A stretch of 64,000 nt of DNA. Origin: Trichodelitschia bisporula. Its lineage: Eukaryota. The number at the start of each line of letters is the position of its first letter. The stretch's first letter is position 1. Made by a program: the position numbers and the translations under genes. The notes beneath the pieces were generated by a model, which was given only the letters and a program-made list of their open reading frames with translations, was not told where the DNA came from and did not search any database. Location: NCBI GenBank assembly GCA_010356995.1, contig ML996697.1:492153-556152 (forward strand). Direction: 5' to 3'. Positions 60,043 through 64,000 of the stretch are shown piece by piece.

Positions 60043-61269
60043 ATGGCATATCCAGCTTCACCGCTCACGCCCGCCTTCGTCCCCGCTTGGAAGCGACTCG
60101 GCCTCAAGCTGAAGAACTCGCCCAACGGCGATGCGAACCCGGTAACAAAGCCCCAGGACGAGGCCGACTCGAGTTCGAAGAAAGCCAAGAAGAGGAAGGG
60201 ATCAGAGCTTTCACCCAGCAATGATGGGCCGACAGATACTCCAACTGGACAGTCATCCAAGCGCCACAAGAAGGAGCAAGGCGAGACAACAGCCTCGAAC
60301 GGTCACACCGAAGCGCAGCTCACTTCCACGCCGACGTTGAAGAAGCGGAAATCAGTCAGCTTTACACCAGACACCAAGTTACCGGACGCCGACCAACCGA
60401 ATGTCGTCTGGGTTGACAAGACTGCCGAGCAAGCATCCCCCGTTTCCAAGAAGGCAAAGAAGCTGAAGCAAAGGAAAGAGACCAAGAAGCTAGAGAAGAA
60501 AGCGAAGAAGGGCGCACAAACTGCGCCTGCCGTGCCGGCAGGAATCCCGGCTTTCCTCACCTACCTCGAACAGTTCCAGACCGCACACGAACAGTGGAAG
60601 TTCAACAAGGTCAAGCAGACCGCCATCCTCACGCATGCCTTCAACCTTGCGCGTATAACGCCAATCTACGAGTCTGCGCTCGGCGCTTACCTTGCCGGGC
60701 TCAAAGGCGAAGCCGCCCGGTCACGGCTCATTGAGTCGGCGGAAGCCATACTGAAGGAACCTGTTGAGGATGGGAGCAAGACTGATGCCAAGGAGAAACC
60801 TGCTGCCGAGGCTGTTGCGGCAGCCCAGAAGCGCAGGCGTGCGGAGTTTGTTCTGCGATCGCTGGGAAAGACGGATCTTTCCTCGAAGGCCGTGGCCGTC
60901 AATGGCTTGGCCACCGCGCCCAAGACCGAAACGGAGGAGCCATTGTCTAAGCGGAGGCGGACGAAGCTGAGAACCAATAAGGTGGAGTCTGACGACGACG
61001 AATCCTCATCATCAGAGTCTGATGATGAGAAGGAGGACGACAAGAAGTCGGAGAAGTCTGGCGCGGAGAAGTCTAGTGCGGAGGAGTCTGGCGATGAGAA
61101 GTCCGACGAAGACTCCGACTCCGACTCGAGTTCAAGCTCAGGCTCCGGTTCGGACTCTGATGACTCCGATGATGACTCAGATGAAGAAGACGAAGAGTCG
61201 GATGCGGAGTCGAGCTCGTCGTCAAGCAGCTCGTCTTCATCGAGCAGCAGCGATAGCGAAAGCGACTAG
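60043..61269 (+). CDS. WKF-domain (DUF2373) protein, YCR016W/Rbp95-like, probably nucleolar
   Basis: VPAWKRLGLKLK; KKRKSVSFTPDTK; YLEQF...WKFNKVKQ; YLAGLKG; K-rich and S/D/E-rich tails. Confidence 0.88.
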   Translation: MAYPASPLTPAFVPAWKRLGLKLKNSPNGDANPVTKPQDEADSSSKKAKKRKGSELSPSNDGPTDTPTGQSSKRHKKEQGETTASNGHTEAQLTSTPTLKKRKSVSFTPDTKLPDADQPNVVWVDKTAEQASPVSKKAKKLKQRKETKKLEKKAKKGAQTAPAVPAGIPAFLTYLEQFQTAHEQWKFNKVKQTAILTHAFNLARITPIYESALGAYLAGLKGEAARSRLIESAEAILKEPVEDGSKTDAKEKPAAEAVAAAQKRRRAEFVLRSLGKTDLSSKAVAVNGLATAPKTETEEPLSKRRRTKLRTNKVESDDDESSSSESDDEKEDDKKSEKSGAEKSSAEESGDEKSDEDSDSDSSSSSGSGSDSDDSDDDSDEEDEESDAESSSSSSSSSSSSSSDSESD

Positions 61270-62691
61270 GATTAGCAGACACATTTGGACATAATACCCC
61301 TTGCATCTATCGTAAGCGATCTAGAATTGTACGCTTTTGCCCTCAATATGCGCAAAGAATATCCTGGTGATGTTCACTTTACCTACCGGGAATACCCAGG
61401 TGTGAATTTAATATGTAGCAGTTTGCACAGAAGGAGACATCCCTTCCGTTCCACGTCCTGTGCAAACCATTGTTGAAGATCTTGAACCCCATGACCTGTA
61501 TATATCTCAGCGCTCACGACCCGTAAGAAGAATCGCATGTGGGGGATAAGTCGAGATGGAATGCTGGTAAGGCTGAACTGGCTGTCTTCTGCCGCAAGTA
61601 TTGTAGGCCGAGGCATGACATCATGCTTCCATCCTTCAACGGCCATGCGAGAACACGTTCGAAGCCGTTGATCAATAAACAGACGAGGCTGAGAAACGTT
61701 CCATTACACAACACTTTGTTTGATTCTTCTATCTGCCTCTGCAGCCTTTCACAGCAACCAAATTACCTCCCGCATCGCCGTCAATAATGCAGTGCGATCG
61801 CTCTCCAAGCATCGAAGACCATTCGCCAATCGCCGCTAAGTCTGCGCCTGCCGTATGAAAATTCCGCCACATCCGTTGGATGGCGCAGGGCAACAGGGTT
61901 CAAGGGGCCAAGGGGCCAGACCACGCGCACCCGTTAAATGCTGACATTGTGGGAACGAAAGAAATGACACGAAGCAATCAGGAACGCGGATTGGAGAGGG
62001 GTATGCTATTCATCGCCTGGCTATTGGAAGGATGAAGGACGAGGGATGAGGGACTGGGTCATGGTATTGGGGTCAGCTTGTCCCTTTCGATGGCGATCCC
62101 CGCGCTTTCCCGACCCAAATTGGCAGTTCGTTTTCGTCGGCCGGGATGCGAAACCCAGACCCTTTCCCCTGGGTGTTGATTTGTTGGAGAAACGCGCAGC
62201 GCGCGGCTGCGGGGTGTACTCCCGTGCTGGACGAGGGCCAAACAGCCGCGCAGGTCCTCCCCATCGTTTGGTACTGTGCCATGCTCGGCCTCCACAGCCG
62301 CGGGTGGTACCCGCATGCCGTACCACGAGTGCAACGTGCCGACTCCATAGCCGGTGCAATATGTCCACGGCCAACGCCATTCGCCTTCCCACTTGATCTT
62401 CTGTGATTCTGCGCCACCGCAAATACAACTCATCCAATGAACGACCCGCAGAAAGCGTTACGCATCCGCCCCCAGCCAAGCGGGTAGGCGCCGCAAACGC
62501 CCAAGGAGGCGGTACGGGCCCGCCCCGTCTTCCCCCAAGCCTGCCGGGAGGCGGAGCCTATCACCATCTCTCCGAGCCTATCTTTGCTTCCTAGTTCTCA
62601 CCCCCCAACGTCTTGTCTTCTTTTGCATTCTTTCTCTCCTTTATTTCCCTTCTCCTTCCAACATCCAAATCTTTTCGTCGTTAATGCCATC

Positions 62692-64000
62692 ATGAAGTCC
62701 TGGCCTGCCGGCCCACGGCGCACCTTCCTCCTCCTCGCGGCCTGCGCCATCCCCCTCTTCCTGATCGTCGCTACCACATCCAAGCTCTTTGGCCGCCCCT
62801 CCTCCTACTTTCCCGTCGCTCTCTACACCAAATCTTCACCGACCCAGGCTCCCATCGCCGAAGCCACAGAGTTCCATATCCTGCCTTGGAGTCCACCCGT
62901 GAACGATGCGTCGCCCACGGCCTTGCCCTTCAACCCTCACCTCCCCCACGGCGGGCAAAATGACGCACCGGAGCCCGAACAGTGGACCTTCGACGCCGCC
63001 CGCGACGCCCGCGATTTCGGCCTCTCGGACGAGCAATGCGACGCCGCCTTCCCGGATTTCTACGAGGAGATCGACCGCGCCGTCGAGCTGCACCGGAGCC
63101 TAGGAAACATTACTATCGACGATCTGGACATGAGTTGGCGCAGGGATGAGATGCTACGTGCCATGATCTTCGACCGCCAGGTAACCCCTCATCCAACGCC
63201 CCACCTCTTTTGCCCAAGCTAACCCGTGCCAGCTCTACATCATCGACGCCAAATGGTCCCGCCACGGCTTCGACCTCCCCCGCGCCATCGCCCTCCTCCA
63301 GTCCATGTACCGCGCTATAATTGCCTACCCAGGCCCGCTGCCCAACATCGAATTCACCATCTGCCTGGGTGATGTAGCCGTCTTCGCGCCCCCGCCTTCC
63401 AACGCGCCCCGCCAGACTTCCAAGCACCCGACGTGGGTGCTGACGCGCCGCGCCGACGGCAGCGACGCTCAGAACTGGGTTATTCCCGACTTCGGATACT
63501 GGTCGTGGCCGCTGGATGTCGTGGGCGAGTATAGCCAGGTGCGGCGCGAGATCTCGTATGTCGAGGAGATGATCGGTGGGTGGGCGGGAAAGGTGCCGAA
63601 GGCAGTGTGGCGCGGGGCGGCTATTACGAATCCGCTGCGGAAGGAGCTGCTGCGGGTGGCGGAGGGGAAGGAATGGAGCGATGTGCGCGAGGTGACGTGG
63701 GATAGCATGACGGATATCAGCGAAGGGACGCGCAGGCAGAGTCTGACGATGCCGGAACATTGTCAGTATGAGTTTGTCGTACACACCGAAGGTGAGTTCT
63801 GCGTTCGCTATTGCCTGTCATGGGAAGACTTAACCTGGACAGGTCACTCCTACTCCGGCCGCGGCAAGTACCTGCTCAACTGCCACTCGGTATCCATCAT
63901 CCACGACCCAGAGTGGATCGAGCCGCATACGCATCTGCTCGTCCCCGAGGGCACGGACCAAAACTTCCTGCCCGTGGACCCCAACTTTACGAACCTGGAC
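62692..64000 (+). CDS. Glycosyltransferase family 90 (CAP10-like), 3' partial
   Basis: Type II TM anchor; LSDEQCDAAFP; introns 63181-63232 and 63792-63842; motifs PLPNIEF, PDFGYWSWP, KAVWRG, HTEGHSYSGRGKYL. Runs off the end of the window. Confidence 0.9.

Overview
This is intron-containing, GC-rich genomic DNA from a filamentous ascomycete (Pezizomycotina; the finer taxon cannot be fixed from sequence alone). Introns are short, GT-AG, with CTAAC/CTGAC branch sites. About 20 protein-coding genes are supported, mostly housekeeping: a DUF3455 secreted protein, a class-3 aldehyde dehydrogenase, TOM70, ABZ2-like aminodeoxychorismate lyase, OPY2, NMNAT, a pseudokinase, RPS0 head-to-head with mitochondrial uS15m, a UBE2O-like E2, a TcuA-like flavoprotein, UPS1/PRELI, an orphan PHD-finger protein, CRP1/MDG1, an alpha/beta hydrolase, phospholipase D (SPO14), a PIR/GPI wall protein, a conserved hypothetical protein, a WKF-domain protein and a partial GT90/CAP10-like gene. 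I found no tRNA, rRNA, CRISPR array, intact transposon or biosynthetic cluster, and no clearly novel multi-gene system. The most interesting signals are at the RNA-processing and translation level: a pseudokinase whose conserved-looking N-terminus has no in-frame AUG, a stop-generating tandem splice acceptor in NMNAT, a GC-AG intron plus a possible N-terminal extension in ABZ2, a uORF and a 7-nt terminal exon in PLD, and a recurring C-rich 5' to G-rich 3' polarity inside genes. All family assignments come from motif recognition, not database searches.
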